Both the position numbers and the translations under genes were made by a program. From an uncultured Spirochaetota bacterium (GTDB lineage: Bacteria > Spirochaetota > B62-G9 > DRHN01), in the NCBI GenBank assembly GCA_964347455.1, contig CAYFYU010000019.1, positions 3,646-44,433 on the forward strand: a DNA stretch of 40,788 nt, written 5' to 3'. The notes below the pieces were generated by a model. It ran no database searches. It saw only the letters and a list, made by a program, of their open reading frames with translations, and was not told the origin of the DNA. Positions 24,154 to 33,939 of the stretch are shown here, one piece after another (within the stretch, counting starts at the first letter, position 1; every line of letters starts with the position of its first letter).

Positions 24154-25185
24154 TTGGACCTTATGTGCATTTGCTATTTTGTCAGTACTTCATTGCATTA
24201 CATGCCTACTATTCTGCCACTCATACGGCATACCAAAGGCACCCTCCTTACTTTTAGCAGAAAAGTCGCAAAATATGCAACAACCCGTGAACAGGACAGG
24301 GATTTAAAAGTCTACTATGCAAAGGATCGTAATGAGCTTGTTGCGTATATATACGACAATCGGATCAGAGTCGTTATTCACCCCGGATTCACAATACATC
24401 ATTTCAAGAACGTTGAAAAAGTCCGGCATGTCCAGATTTTTCACGGCACCTCAGACAAACCCTTCAATTTTCATAAAAGCCTCGACCAATACGATTTAAT
24501 CTTAGTACCCGGTAAAAAAATGGTGAGGGATATTGTACAAAGGGAGTTGGCTTCTCAAAGCAAGATAATTCCCATCGGATACCCAAAGATTGACGATTTT
24601 CTCCTCTCAAATTTCAATAACTCTGCGTATAAAAAGAAAGAGGGGATGGATGAAAATAAAAAAACTGTACTCTATTCGCCGACCTGGAACGATCCCGATC
24701 GGTATTCTTCGTTTTCAAAGTTTGTTGGGGTGATTCTTAAAAATTTACAAGATTTCAATGTGATCGTGAAACCACATACCAATATATTGCGATACAGACC
24801 ATGTCAGATAGTAAAAGCATACATGGTTAAACGGAAAAACTGTTTTATTTATCCGAATAGCCCTGATATATTACCCTTTATGTCGATTTCCGATATAATG
24901 TTGACCGATATTTCATCCGTATCGCATGAGTATATATCCTTTGGCAAACCCATGGTTTTTCTCTGCCCGAAACCGATTGACTCTATCCCACCTGAGCACC
25001 GGTGGATATGGCACTGTGGTGATGTGGTTATCGATAAACGAGAGTTGCATTCGACAGTAGTTAAAAATATTCAGAACCCCGATTTGTACAGAGAAAAACG
25101 TCAAAAGGCTTTGGAGCAGATATTTCTCGACTTTGACGGTAAATCCCCTGCGCGTTTCGAAAAAGCAGTTGGAAAATTACTGTAG
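24154..25185 (+). CDS. TagB/TagF-type glycerophosphotransferase-family protein, subfamily C (C2)
   Basis: 343 aa; TTG at 24154, with an alternative ATG at 24163. It has VQIFHGTSDK, LYSPTWND, VKPHTN and SDIMLTDISSVSHEYISFGKPMVFL. Confidence 0.8.
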   Translation: MDLMCICYFVSTSLHYMPTILPLIRHTKGTLLTFSRKVAKYATTREQDRDLKVYYAKDRNELVAYIYDNRIRVVIHPGFTIHHFKNVEKVRHVQIFHGTSDKPFNFHKSLDQYDLILVPGKKMVRDIVQRELASQSKIIPIGYPKIDDFLLSNFNNSAYKKKEGMDENKKTVLYSPTWNDPDRYSSFSKFVGVILKNLQDFNVIVKPHTNILRYRPCQIVKAYMVKRKNCFIYPNSPDILPFMSISDIMLTDISSVSHEYISFGKPMVFLCPKPIDSIPPEHRWIWHCGDVVIDKRELHSTVVKNIQNPDLYREKRQKALEQIFLDFDGKSPARFEKAVGKLL

Positions 25186-25199
25186 AAGAGGAACTTTAA

Positions 25200-26936
25200 T
25201 TGAAAAAAACACTGATCCGAGAGGATTTCAGATGGGCCTTTTCGTTTTTAAGACCTTTTGTATGGGGATTCATTGGTGTTTTTATTCTGAACCTCTCTGA
25301 GAAGCTTTCCTATCTCTTTCTTCCATCGGTCAGTACAAAGTTTCTGTTTGAATTGATTGAATTAAAACAGATTGATCTCCTCATGAGATATTTCTTCATA
25401 GCAGTCGCGCTAATTATTTCGAAATCGATATTCGATTTCCTCAAGCGATACTCGATGCGCATAATTACCCATACTATTGTGAAATCCATACGAGACTCAT
25501 TTTTCAGTCATCTCATAACTCTAGATATTAATTATTTCAGGGAAAATAAAACGGGCAATATACTCTCTATCGGTATAAATGATATTGAAAAGGTTAGGGT
25601 TGATTTTTACCAGGGGTTGAACAATTTTTTTAGTTACGTGGTTATGCTGATCATTCTGATGGTAAAACTATTCCTCCTCAACTGGATGTTGACATTGATC
25701 AGTTTTGGTGTCATACCTGCACTCTATCTCGTTGTGCGGACCATTGGGAATAAAATGAGAGCTACCAATAAAACGGTGAGACAAATACTTGCAGATCTAT
25801 CGACCAATTTACATGAAACTCTCACCGGTATTGACGTTGTTAAATCCTTCGCTCAGGAAGAGTATGAAATAGGTAATTTTAAAAATACCACAGGAAAATA
25901 TCGAAAGACCTATTTAAAGTTAATGAAGCTGTCGAATATTTTCGGCCCTCTTACGGATGTGATAATTTATTTTTGTGGTGTTGCATTGATAGGTGTGGGA
26001 AGTTTTATGATTATCAGGGGAATGTGGGATGCAAAGGGGCTTACAGAATACCTGTTGCTTCTTGGCATTGCGACAACTCCGATAACGCGAATTCCAAAAT
26101 TTATCGGCAATATAAAAATAGCCACTGCCTCCCTAGAGCGGGTATACGATATTATGACTACCGAGCCTAAGATCAAGAAACCACTAAATCCGGTAAGCAG
26201 AACTATTAGCGGTAAAGTGGAGTTCAAGAATGTACAATTCAGCTACGAGCCAAAGAAAAGGGTTCTTAATGGAATAAGCTTTAAAGCGGAGAAGGGGGAA
26301 GTAATAGCGCTCGTCGGTCCTTCAGGAGGTGGAAAAACAACGATAATCAACTTGATTCCGAGGTTCTATGATTGTGACGAAGGTGAAATATTGATAGATA
26401 ATATAAATGTAAAAAATTTTGACCTTAAGAGCTTACGAACACAGATAGGAATCGTCTCTCAAAATGTTATACTGTTTAATACGAGTATTTATGAGAACAT
26501 ACGCTACTCCAATAGGGATGCAACTGAAGAGGAGATCGTCACTGCTGCAAAAAAATCTTACGCATTCGATTTCATCATGGACCTCCCAAATAAATTCGAA
26601 ACACGGGTGGGTGAGAAGGGGGTCAAGCTGTCGGGAGGACAGAAACAGCGGATCTCGATTGCCAGAACGGTTCTCATGAACCCACAGCTCTTGATCCTCG
26701 ACGAGGCTACCTCCTCACTTGATTCTGAATCAGAGCACTATATACAGCTGGCTATCAATAATCTCATGGAGGGAAGGACATCCATTACAATTGCACACCG
26801 GCTTTCAACCATTTCACATGCGACGAAAATTTTAGTTATCGATCGAGGCAACATAGTAGATACAGGTTCCCATGAAGAGTTACTGAAGCGATGCAAGCTT
26901 TACAGTCGTATTTATAATCTTCAGTACTTCCGCTAA
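25200..26936 (+). CDS. ABC transporter, fused permease/ATPase (MsbA/PglK-type exporter)
   Basis: 578 aa; TTG start 7 nt after GAGGA. An N-terminal six-helix TMD is followed by Walker A GPSGGGKTT, signature LSGGQKQR and Walker B LLILDEATS. Confidence 0.9.
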   Translation: MKKTLIREDFRWAFSFLRPFVWGFIGVFILNLSEKLSYLFLPSVSTKFLFELIELKQIDLLMRYFFIAVALIISKSIFDFLKRYSMRIITHTIVKSIRDSFFSHLITLDINYFRENKTGNILSIGINDIEKVRVDFYQGLNNFFSYVVMLIILMVKLFLLNWMLTLISFGVIPALYLVVRTIGNKMRATNKTVRQILADLSTNLHETLTGIDVVKSFAQEEYEIGNFKNTTGKYRKTYLKLMKLSNIFGPLTDVIIYFCGVALIGVGSFMIIRGMWDAKGLTEYLLLLGIATTPITRIPKFIGNIKIATASLERVYDIMTTEPKIKKPLNPVSRTISGKVEFKNVQFSYEPKKRVLNGISFKAEKGEVIALVGPSGGGKTTIINLIPRFYDCDEGEILIDNINVKNFDLKSLRTQIGIVSQNVILFNTSIYENIRYSNRDATEEEIVTAAKKSYAFDFIMDLPNKFETRVGEKGVKLSGGQKQRISIARTVLMNPQLLILDEATSSLDSESEHYIQLAINNLMEGRTSITIAHRLSTISHATKILVIDRGNIVDTGSHEELLKRCKLYSRIYNLQYFR

Positions 26937-27008
26937 ATTGAGTAGATTCTTTTCATTTTTAAAAGATTTATCGAGCACTATTGGATTGTACCAATTGAAG
27001 GATCACCC

Positions 27009-28136
27009 ATGAAGGGACTCTATTACTTTGTAAAAAAGATATACCAGCTTTCGCAGTCAAAACCGATATTTAACAGGCTGGGAGGAAAAATATTCACATA
27101 CTGGGAGTTTCCGGTTACATATGTCTACCATTTTCTCCGATATGGTCCGTTCAGAGCGGGTATTCTGGGTAAAGATTTGAAGAGGCTCGATCATAGAGCC
27201 AAGGGGCTAATCCTATGCCATAGCGCAGGAGGCAGGGTACCACCAGGAATGAACTATAAAAGGGTGTTTGTCTACCATGGTACTTGCGATACCATTTATA
27301 AAGCTGATGGTCCGGATAACAAACTTTTATCTGAATGGTTTGAATACTACTTCGTGACTGGAGCCAAGGACCTCGACAAACTTAAACGGTATACATACGA
27401 TCCAGAAAATCTTGACGCTAAGATAGTCAAGATAGGGATGTTCAGATCGGATCCTATTTTTAACAATACTTATAACAGGTATGCAATACTACGAAAGTAT
27501 GGGATTAAATCGAATGGAAAAAAGATAATTCTATACGCTCCGACTTGGGCTTGGGGAGCGGGAACTCTGAAAGAGTGTTTTGAACATTTTATGAGTAGGA
27601 TTCCCGAGAAGTACGTATTCATCATTCGTCCACATTACAATGATAGAAAAAACATTCGTCATATTTTCCAGTGGCAAAAAAAGCATAGGTTGAATGATTT
27701 CTATTTTTTTCCAAAGCAGCATCAGGATGTTATGGACCTAATTTATATCTCAGATCTGCTCATAGGTGACAACTCATCAGTCAACTATGACTTTTCACTC
27801 ACACAAAAACCCATAGTACTGGTCAAATCAGAGGAACATGAGAACCTGTTCATACCACCAGATGAATATAATATAAAATTGTGCTGCCCCGTGTATGATC
27901 CGAATGGAAATAATGATATACTCGACAAGATTGAAGAGGCATTTTCGAACCAGACCTATCGGGAACGTCTCGATAGTCTTGTCAAGAGTAGTTTTTACTA
28001 CAATGACGGTCATGCAATTGACAGAGCGTCCAGCTTTATCGTCGATACCCTCAGCGAAATGAACATCATTGATCGGACGAAAACGCTGAAAAAATATGAA
28101 AAGGTCTTTCAGTATAACGATGGATATAAGTTGTAA
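27009..28136 (+). CDS. TagB/TagF-type glycerophosphotransferase-family protein, subfamily A (A2)
   Basis: 375 aa. By my count, 36 of the first 61 residues are identical to A1. It has VYHGTCD, ILYAPTWAWGAG, IIRPHYN and SDLLIGDNSSVNYDFSLTQKPIV. Confidence 0.8.
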   Translation: MKGLYYFVKKIYQLSQSKPIFNRLGGKIFTYWEFPVTYVYHFLRYGPFRAGILGKDLKRLDHRAKGLILCHSAGGRVPPGMNYKRVFVYHGTCDTIYKADGPDNKLLSEWFEYYFVTGAKDLDKLKRYTYDPENLDAKIVKIGMFRSDPIFNNTYNRYAILRKYGIKSNGKKIILYAPTWAWGAGTLKECFEHFMSRIPEKYVFIIRPHYNDRKNIRHIFQWQKKHRLNDFYFFPKQHQDVMDLIYISDLLIGDNSSVNYDFSLTQKPIVLVKSEEHENLFIPPDEYNIKLCCPVYDPNGNNDILDKIEEAFSNQTYRERLDSLVKSSFYYNDGHAIDRASSFIVDTLSEMNIIDRTKTLKKYEKVFQYNDGYKL

Positions 28137-28138
28137 TG

Positions 28139-29263
28139 CTATGTAATGAGGATGTTACATGAAGTTAAGTAATCTTTCAGCACTTCGAGGAATCGGTAGA
28201 TATCATCCTTGTCAATTGCTCCAATGTTTGCTATACGGAACGTGTTCTTCTTTGCCCCCTTGCCTGGATAGATGGTAAAGCCTCTTTTCAAGAGATAATC
28301 ATGCATTTCGTTGAAATCATACCGATCATCTTCTGGTTCAATAACTGCCGTGAGAAGTCCTGATTGAAATTTTCGGGGTACGAGGAAATCGAAATTCAGA
28401 TCTTCAAGCCCTCTCACCAATGTTTTCCATGATTCACGGTAGCGTTTAAAGCGGTGTTCTCCCGTTTCTTCGAAAAATTCGTCGAGTGCTTGATTCAAGG
28501 CATAGGCTGTTTGAACTGGCGGTGTAAATTGCATTTGTTTCTTTTCTTCAAAATATCTGTACTGTTGCCAGAGATTGAAATAGTAGTTTCGCGGTTCGAT
28601 GTGCCTGGTTTTTTGTAGATTCTCCTTTTTACAAATTACAAAGCTGATACCGGCCATCCCCTGTATGCATTTATTGGCAGATGATGTTATGTAATCATAG
28701 TCATCTTCTCGTAGGTCAATGGGAATTCCTGCATATGAAGATATTGTATCGATAACTACCTCAGCCCCGTGCTGGTGCGCGATTTTGTTTATCTCTTGTA
28801 CTGGATTAAGCATACCGGTCGTGGTCTCATGGTGTACTGCTGCGACTACACCCACAGCTCGCTCATTATCGATTATCCTTTCTATTTCACTCATATCGGG
28901 GTAGTCACCCCACGGAATCTGATACTTGATTATTCTGTCCAGTTCATAGAAACGTTCTGCGATATCGATCATCCTTCTTCCATAGGCACCGTTATCGATG
29001 ATGAGGATCTTTTTTCCATCCGGTAAAATAGAGCTGATACAGGCTTCAACGACACCTGTTCCAGACGCGGCAAAGGGAATTGCAGTATACTGACCGTTAC
29101 CATGAACAACTCTAACAAGTTTTGTTCTGATAACATCCATTAAATGGCCGAACTCTTTTTCACGCGGGCAGATGTCGGGGACTACCTGTGCATATTTAAC
29201 AGAATCTGTTGTTGTTGCAGGACCAGGATTCAAAAGGATATTTCTTTTCACAGCCTTAATCAT
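28139..29263 (-). CDS. phnW: 2-aminoethylphosphonate:pyruvate aminotransferase
   Basis: 374 aa. LLNPGPATTT at the N-terminus and the PLP-lysine block SSANKCIQGMAGISF match PhnW/AepZ. It is the last gene of the pepM-ppd operon. Confidence 0.8.
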   Translation of the reverse strand: MIKAVKRNILLNPGPATTTDSVKYAQVVPDICPREKEFGHLMDVIRTKLVRVVHGNGQYTAIPFAASGTGVVEACISSILPDGKKILIIDNGAYGRRMIDIAERFYELDRIIKYQIPWGDYPDMSEIERIIDNERAVGVVAAVHHETTTGMLNPVQEINKIAHQHGAEVVIDTISSYAGIPIDLREDDYDYITSSANKCIQGMAGISFVICKKENLQKTRHIEPRNYYFNLWQQYRYFEEKKQMQFTPPVQTAYALNQALDEFFEETGEHRFKRYRESWKTLVRGLEDLNFDFLVPRKFQSGLLTAVIEPEDDRYDFNEMHDYLLKRGFTIYPGKGAKKNTFRIANIGAIDKDDIYRFLEVLKDYLTSCNILIT

Positions 29264-29993
29264 TTTTACTCTCTCTTATTTTTGGATAAATAATATTCGT
29301 GGCCCTTTGCAGGTGGTCGAGATTATCGATCTCTACCCACAGGAGATCATCGATCTTTTTAATCGCAATGGGGATTTTCTTGGCAATACAGCTGAAAACA
29401 TATTCGTAATCTCGTTTGAATGCAGCTTGACTATTTATCTGTGCCCATTTACAGAGCTCCTTGAAAGCGTACAATGATATTTTTGAGATGCCCACAAGCT
29501 CTCCGTAGCTATTCTTTAAATCCTGTTCATTTTTCGACATATTCACAAGATTTCTATGTTTATCAACCTCTATATAAAACTCATCGCCCGAATTCGTCCA
29601 GCCACTTGCAAGTATTATGTTCTCTCTTTCATCATTTTTGATGAGAGAAATGGCTCTCTCTTCAAACAACAGATCTGACTCCAGCAATAGAAAGTCCTCG
29701 TGGATATGATCCCGCATATTGTAGAGCGTATAGAAACTCCCTGATAGTTCGTACTCGCCGTTCTTTACGCATCGAACCTGGTTGTACTTTTTTTCTAGCA
29801 ATTCGTAGAATTTCGATTCGTACCCTGTTCCTATTAGGATCTTTTCAATACTGTTGGATATGAGGATTTGAATGGATCTTTCTATGATAGATTTATCCCC
29901 GATGGATATGAACCCTTTCGGTTTCAGGTCAAAATGATCTTTTAATCTGCTTCCTACACCGGCCGCCATGAATACCGCTGTGCTCACATTCAT
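29256..29993 (-). CDS. LicC/PntC-like nucleotidyltransferase (candidate AEP or phosphoalcohol cytidylyltransferase)
   Basis: 245 aa with a canonical AAGVGSRL...KPK N-terminal loop and C-terminal WVEIDNLDHL. It sits between ppd and phnW, overlapping phnW by 8 nt. Confidence 0.7.
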   Translation of the reverse strand: MNVSTAVFMAAGVGSRLKDHFDLKPKGFISIGDKSIIERSIQILISNSIEKILIGTGYESKFYELLEKKYNQVRCVKNGEYELSGSFYTLYNMRDHIHEDFLLLESDLLFEERAISLIKNDERENIILASGWTNSGDEFYIEVDKHRNLVNMSKNEQDLKNSYGELVGISKISLYAFKELCKWAQINSQAAFKRDYEYVFSCIAKKIPIAIKKIDDLLWVEIDNLDHLQRATNIIYPKIRESKND

Positions 29994-30049
29994 CCCACTG
30001 CCTTTATTTTTGATGAATCAACGCATTTATTTGGATTCCTCAACCAAGC

Positions 30050-31180
30050 TCACCCCTTCAATAGAGCCATAAATCTTTTTTTTACCTCATGGGGTAGAAT
30101 CGTCGGTCTACCAAGATTTTTTTTCGAACCCTTTCTAATCTCCACATGCATGAAAGTGAGGACTGGCTTTTGTTTCCATTGCTCGATTAAGCTTCCAATT
30201 TCCTCTACATTGTTGATCAATATGGATTTTTCATACCCTGATGCCCTGGCAATCGCTGTGAAATGTATATTTCCCGATACTGTGTTCTGCCCGCCGGTTG
30301 AGTCATGAGATTTATTGTCAAGCAGAATGTGGAGCAGGTTTTTTGGCCTGTAAAATCCGTTTGTGGCCAGAGAGCCTGTCCTCATGAGGAGGGCTCCATC
30401 GCCATCGAGGACGATTACCCGTTTTTCAGGCCTTGCAAGACAGATCCCAAGCCCAATTGAGCTCGCACACCCCATAGAACCGATCATATACAGGTTGTGG
30501 GCCGAATCATCTATTTCGAAAAGTTCTCTACCGCATTTTCCCGTTGAAGCCAGAAGCATAGTTTCATCGTCTTTATATCGTGATACCTTTTCAAGAACCT
30601 GAAGACGGGTCGGTTTGTGTTCACAGGTTGTTCTCTGGATAATCTCTTTATGGTAGCTGGTTATCTTTATTTCTCTCTGCAGGGGTTCGTGGGAAAATGT
30701 GTCCTTTTTAATAATAAAGAAAAATGGTTTATTGTTGTTGAAGTATTCGAGTGCATCATCCAGCTGACTTTCTGCTTCAGCAATATCTGTCGACAGTATT
30801 GCATTTGGCACTTTGCAGAGCTTCATTAGGGATTCAGTTATCTCCCCCATTAGCCAGTGCTCCGGCTCGTCCTTTATCCCCGGCTCACCTCTCCAGCCAA
30901 CAAACCCGAGTACTGGAATCTGAAAGGGATTGTTTAGTGAGGTAAGCGGGTTTAATGCGTTGGTCAATCCGGAATTCTGCATAAGCACATAAGATTTTTT
31001 TCCTGCCAGATATGCGCCAGAAGAAATTGCGACAGCCTCGCCTTCATTTGTCGCTATTACATAGAGTAAATTATTGATTGAGTAATTAATAAAATCTTTC
31101 AATAATGAGCAGGGAACGCCCGAAGCGAAGCTGAATCCTCTTTCTTGCAGTAGAGCGCCGAATACGTGCGTGTCTAACAC
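30050..31180 (-). CDS. ppd: Phosphonopyruvate decarboxylase (ThDP-dependent)
   Basis: 376 aa. The N-terminus GFSFASGVPCSLLKDFINY and the ThDP-binding region VLDGDGALLM...NKSHDSTGGQ are present. The GTG start overlaps the pepM TAG by 1 nt (TAGTG). Confidence 0.85.
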   Translation of the reverse strand: MLDTHVFGALLQERGFSFASGVPCSLLKDFINYSINNLLYVIATNEGEAVAISSGAYLAGKKSYVLMQNSGLTNALNPLTSLNNPFQIPVLGFVGWRGEPGIKDEPEHWLMGEITESLMKLCKVPNAILSTDIAEAESQLDDALEYFNNNKPFFFIIKKDTFSHEPLQREIKITSYHKEIIQRTTCEHKPTRLQVLEKVSRYKDDETMLLASTGKCGRELFEIDDSAHNLYMIGSMGCASSIGLGICLARPEKRVIVLDGDGALLMRTGSLATNGFYRPKNLLHILLDNKSHDSTGGQNTVSGNIHFTAIARASGYEKSILINNVEEIGSLIEQWKQKPVLTFMHVEIRKGSKKNLGRPTILPHEVKKRFMALLKG

Positions 31181-32781
31181 TAGAAGCCCCCCGCTTCGGT
31201 GTAATCGGCGATGTCATCGATATCTAGCCATCCGCCCAGTGTATAGACAACGGCTATTTGTGTCTTTTCGATCAATGGTTTCAGAAGATCAGGAATCGAT
31301 AGTTGCTTGAAGTTCGCTCTACGCGATAATTTCTCAAGGGTCAGCTTTAATAGTGCCGTTCCTCGGGATTCTGCAGCCAGAAGGCCCGCCCATTCTCCAT
31401 CGGCGGAGCCGTGACTTTCACTATCAAGAACACTGGTAAGGTAGATGTTTTCATTGAAAAAGTCATTCGCATAGGGTCTCGAACACTGTACGAGGTCCTG
31501 AGGTTTTGATTTTCGCTTTAGATCTGCATCCACTACTATCTTTATCTCTCCGTCCTTGTCGAGCAAATCGGTGATCAGATGTTTTTTATACAAACAGTCG
31601 CCATAGGAGATGATACAGTCACCCTCAAGACATTTTCTGGCTACATACAGAGAGTAGAGGTCCTTTGTGGACTTGTAGTTGTCATTGTCGATCGTCTTAA
31701 AATTCGGTCCAGAGATTATCTCCTTTTTGTAGCCTCTAACGACGGTAATATCTTTTATCTCCATGCCATTCAGAATATCGATGAATGATGTTAGAACAGG
31801 TTGTTTATTTATTTCGAGCATCGCCTTTGGCCGCTCTCTGGTTATTTCAGATAGCTCTTTACCTCTACTTGCTGCGAGAATGATTGAGCTATACTTCTTA
31901 CCCTGGGTGCCGAGGTATCTCCTTTCTGCTCTTTGCAATTCTTCAGATCCCTGTAGCCTGAAAATTTCTGAAACTGAGGCAATTTGGTCCTCGATGTTCA
32001 TGAGGGTTTCTGAGGAATGGATTTGTTTTGCTATTTCCTCCATGAACCTTATCGAAGCTCTCATAAGATGATTAGCCCAGATAATGAGGCTGATTCCCAG
32101 TTCCCTGAATCGATTGGTTGGTGTTGAGTAGTATTTCGTGGGGACGATGACAACGGGATGCCTGTTTCCCCATTCCTTCATAAAAGCCTCGATATCAGAA
32201 GGATTGTTCTTTTTGCTATGAACGAGGATGGCATCGGCTCCTGCCTTTCTGTAAGCTTCGGCTCTCGTAAGAGCTTCCTTTAAACCCCAGCCTGCAATGA
32301 ACGCCTCAACACGTGCAATAATTGAAAAATTATCGTCCCTCTGTATATCTTTTCCTGCCTTTATTTTTCCGGAAAATTCATCAATATCAGCCAATGGCTG
32401 TTTTTCACTATCAATAAATGAATTTGTTTTGGGAAAGAGTTTATCTTCGATACATACCCCGGCTATACCTCGCTGTTCCAGCTTCATAACCAGTCTTCGC
32501 ATGTTATTGAAATTCCCATATCCGGTATCGCCATCCAGTAGAATCGGTATACTGGTAACATCACTCATGAATTCTAGAACTTCCAATATCTGTGTCCATG
32601 AAGCTTCGTTACTATCTCGCACTCCCATTGATGCGGAAAGGGTCAAACCACTTGCCCATATTCCATTAAAACCAGCCTCTTCCACTATCTTGGCACTGAC
32701 ACCGTTGTGGGCCTCGCAGATAAACTCAAGCTGCGGAGAGTAGAGCATTTTTCTGAGTTTTGCAGTTTTTTTCATATTCAT
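31180..32781 (-). CDS. pepM: Phosphoenolpyruvate mutase fused to a C-terminal nucleotidyltransferase-like domain
   Basis: 533 aa. Residues 1-~290 form an ICL/PEP-mutase fold with the diagnostic [10 protein letters not shown] (EDKxxxxxNS; 32419-32448). Residues ~296-533 form a LicC-like fold ending in [12 protein letters not shown], but with an atypical N-terminal loop, AASRGKEL. Confidence 0.85.
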   Translation of the reverse strand: MNMKKTAKLRKMLYSPQLEFICEAHNGVSAKIVEEAGFNGIWASGLTLSASMGVRDSNEASWTQILEVLEFMSDVTSIPILLDGDTGYGNFNNMRRLVMKLEQRGIAGVCIEDKLFPKTNSFIDSEKQPLADIDEFSGKIKAGKDIQRDDNFSIIARVEAFIAGWGLKEALTRAEAYRKAGADAILVHSKKNNPSDIEAFMKEWGNRHPVVIVPTKYYSTPTNRFRELGISLIIWANHLMRASIRFMEEIAKQIHSSETLMNIEDQIASVSEIFRLQGSEELQRAERRYLGTQGKKYSSIILAASRGKELSEITRERPKAMLEINKQPVLTSFIDILNGMEIKDITVVRGYKKEIISGPNFKTIDNDNYKSTKDLYSLYVARKCLEGDCIISYGDCLYKKHLITDLLDKDGEIKIVVDADLKRKSKPQDLVQCSRPYANDFFNENIYLTSVLDSESHGSADGEWAGLLAAESRGTALLKLTLEKLSRRANFKQLSIPDLLKPLIEKTQIAVVYTLGGWLDIDDIADYTEAGGF

Positions 32782-32801
32782 TCAATTAAAGCGAACGTTT
32801 C

Positions 32802-33524
32802 TCAGGGTGTTCTCCTACTATAGTATCTCTTAATTCGTTTTATTTTAACTAAATTTATTATTCCTTCCCAAAAAATTCCCCCGGACATTTTTGATTTTCC
32901 CAGCTGTCGATCGGTGAATGTGATGGGAATTTCAACGCAATTGAAATTTGCCAAAAGTGTTCTGTATAAAATCTCTACCTGAAAAAAATAGCCCTCTGAG
33001 ATTATCGAGTCTAGATCTAAAGTTTGAAGCACATTCTGTCTGTAGCAGCGATAGCCACTTGTCATGTCCTTTATAGGGCTCCTCAGTATGATTCTGGATA
33101 GTATGTTACCTCCGCGGCTTATACTATAGCGTACAGGGTTCCACCCGACTATTTTTCCACCCTTTATGTATCTTGATCCAACGACAAAATCGTGATTTTG
33201 TATCTCACGGATAAAGTCTTTCAGAAAAACAGGTGAGTGTGAGAAGTCCGCATCCATTTCAAAGATATAGTCATAACTGTTTTCCAGCGCATAATGAAAT
33301 CCCCTTATATAAGCAGAGCCCAGTCCTTTCTTCCCGTTGCGACTGATGAGTTTGATTCTCTCATTTTTCTTTGTGATTTTATTCACTATCTCACCCGTTC
33401 CATCCGGGGAGTTATCATCTATGACGAGTATATCCGGGTGAATTTCGTTTTCAAGAAGTGTATGGATAAGTTTGTAAATATTCTCCCTTTCATTGTACGT
33501 CGGAACTATTATCAGGGTTCTCAT
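32802..33524 (-). CDS. Polyprenol-phosphate glycosyltransferase (GT2; GtrB/DPM1/ArnC-like)
   Basis: Start trimmed to ATG 33524 (MRTLIIVPTYNEREN). It has VIDDNSPDGT and EMDADFSH, and is a short single-domain GT2 typical of lipid-carrier charging enzymes. Confidence 0.8.
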   Translation of the reverse strand: MRTLIIVPTYNERENIYKLIHTLLENEIHPDILVIDDNSPDGTGEIVNKITKKNERIKLISRNGKKGLGSAYIRGFHYALENSYDYIFEMDADFSHSPVFLKDFIREIQNHDFVVGSRYIKGGKIVGWNPVRYSISRGGNILSRIILRSPIKDMTSGYRCYRQNVLQTLDLDSIISEGYFFQVEILYRTLLANFNCVEIPITFTDRQLGKSKMSGGIFWEGIINLVKIKRIKRYYSRRTP

Positions 33525-33936
33525 CACTCTCTTTCCGGAAAATGAATTTTTCACAAATGAAAAAATTAAAGAGCATGCCAACGATTATTGCAATCATATT
33601 TGAGATAATACCTTCTATTCGAAGAAATCGAAAAAGCTGTACATAGACGAGCATTCTAACAATGAAAGGTATAAAAGTTGTACCATTGTAATATACTAGT
33701 TTCCTCATGAAGTATTTGTTTTTTTCCCTCCGGTCCCTCCACACCCAATAATAACTCAAGACATAATTATTAAACATCGCTATTTCGTAGGATACGAAGG
33801 GAATGATAAAGGTAAGGGCAAAGAGATTCTCGAACAATCTGGAGAGTGAAAAAAAGATAGAATTGTCGATTATATACCCAATACCCCCCACGACACCGAA
33901 TTTCGAGAATCTGATAGTAAGTGTTTTTAATTTCAT
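33490..33936 (-). CDS. GtrA-family membrane protein
   Basis: 148 aa. FSKFGVVGGIGYIIDNSIFF and four hydrophobic segments are typical of GtrA-like proteins. Its 3' end overlaps the next gene by 35 nt. Confidence 0.75.
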   Translation of the reverse strand: MKLKTLTIRFSKFGVVGGIGYIIDNSIFFSLSRLFENLFALTFIIPFVSYEIAMFNNYVLSYYWVWRDRREKNKYFMRKLVYYNGTTFIPFIVRMLVYVQLFRFLRIEGIISNMIAIIVGMLFNFFICEKFIFRKESDENPDNSSDVQ

Positions 33937-33939
33937 AAG

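Noticed and set aside
28141-28160. ATGTAA-N8-TTACAT hairpin at the 2-nt convergent junction of TagF-A2 and phnW, as a possible bidirectional terminator
   Set aside because: The stem is only 6 AU-rich base pairs, it lies inside the phnW coding 3' end, and it has no flanking U/A tracts.
32297-32743. 148-aa plus-strand ORF
   Set aside because: It is antisense to the PEP mutase domain, whose diagnostic motifs are intact. It is Ser/Leu/Ile-rich shadow sequence.
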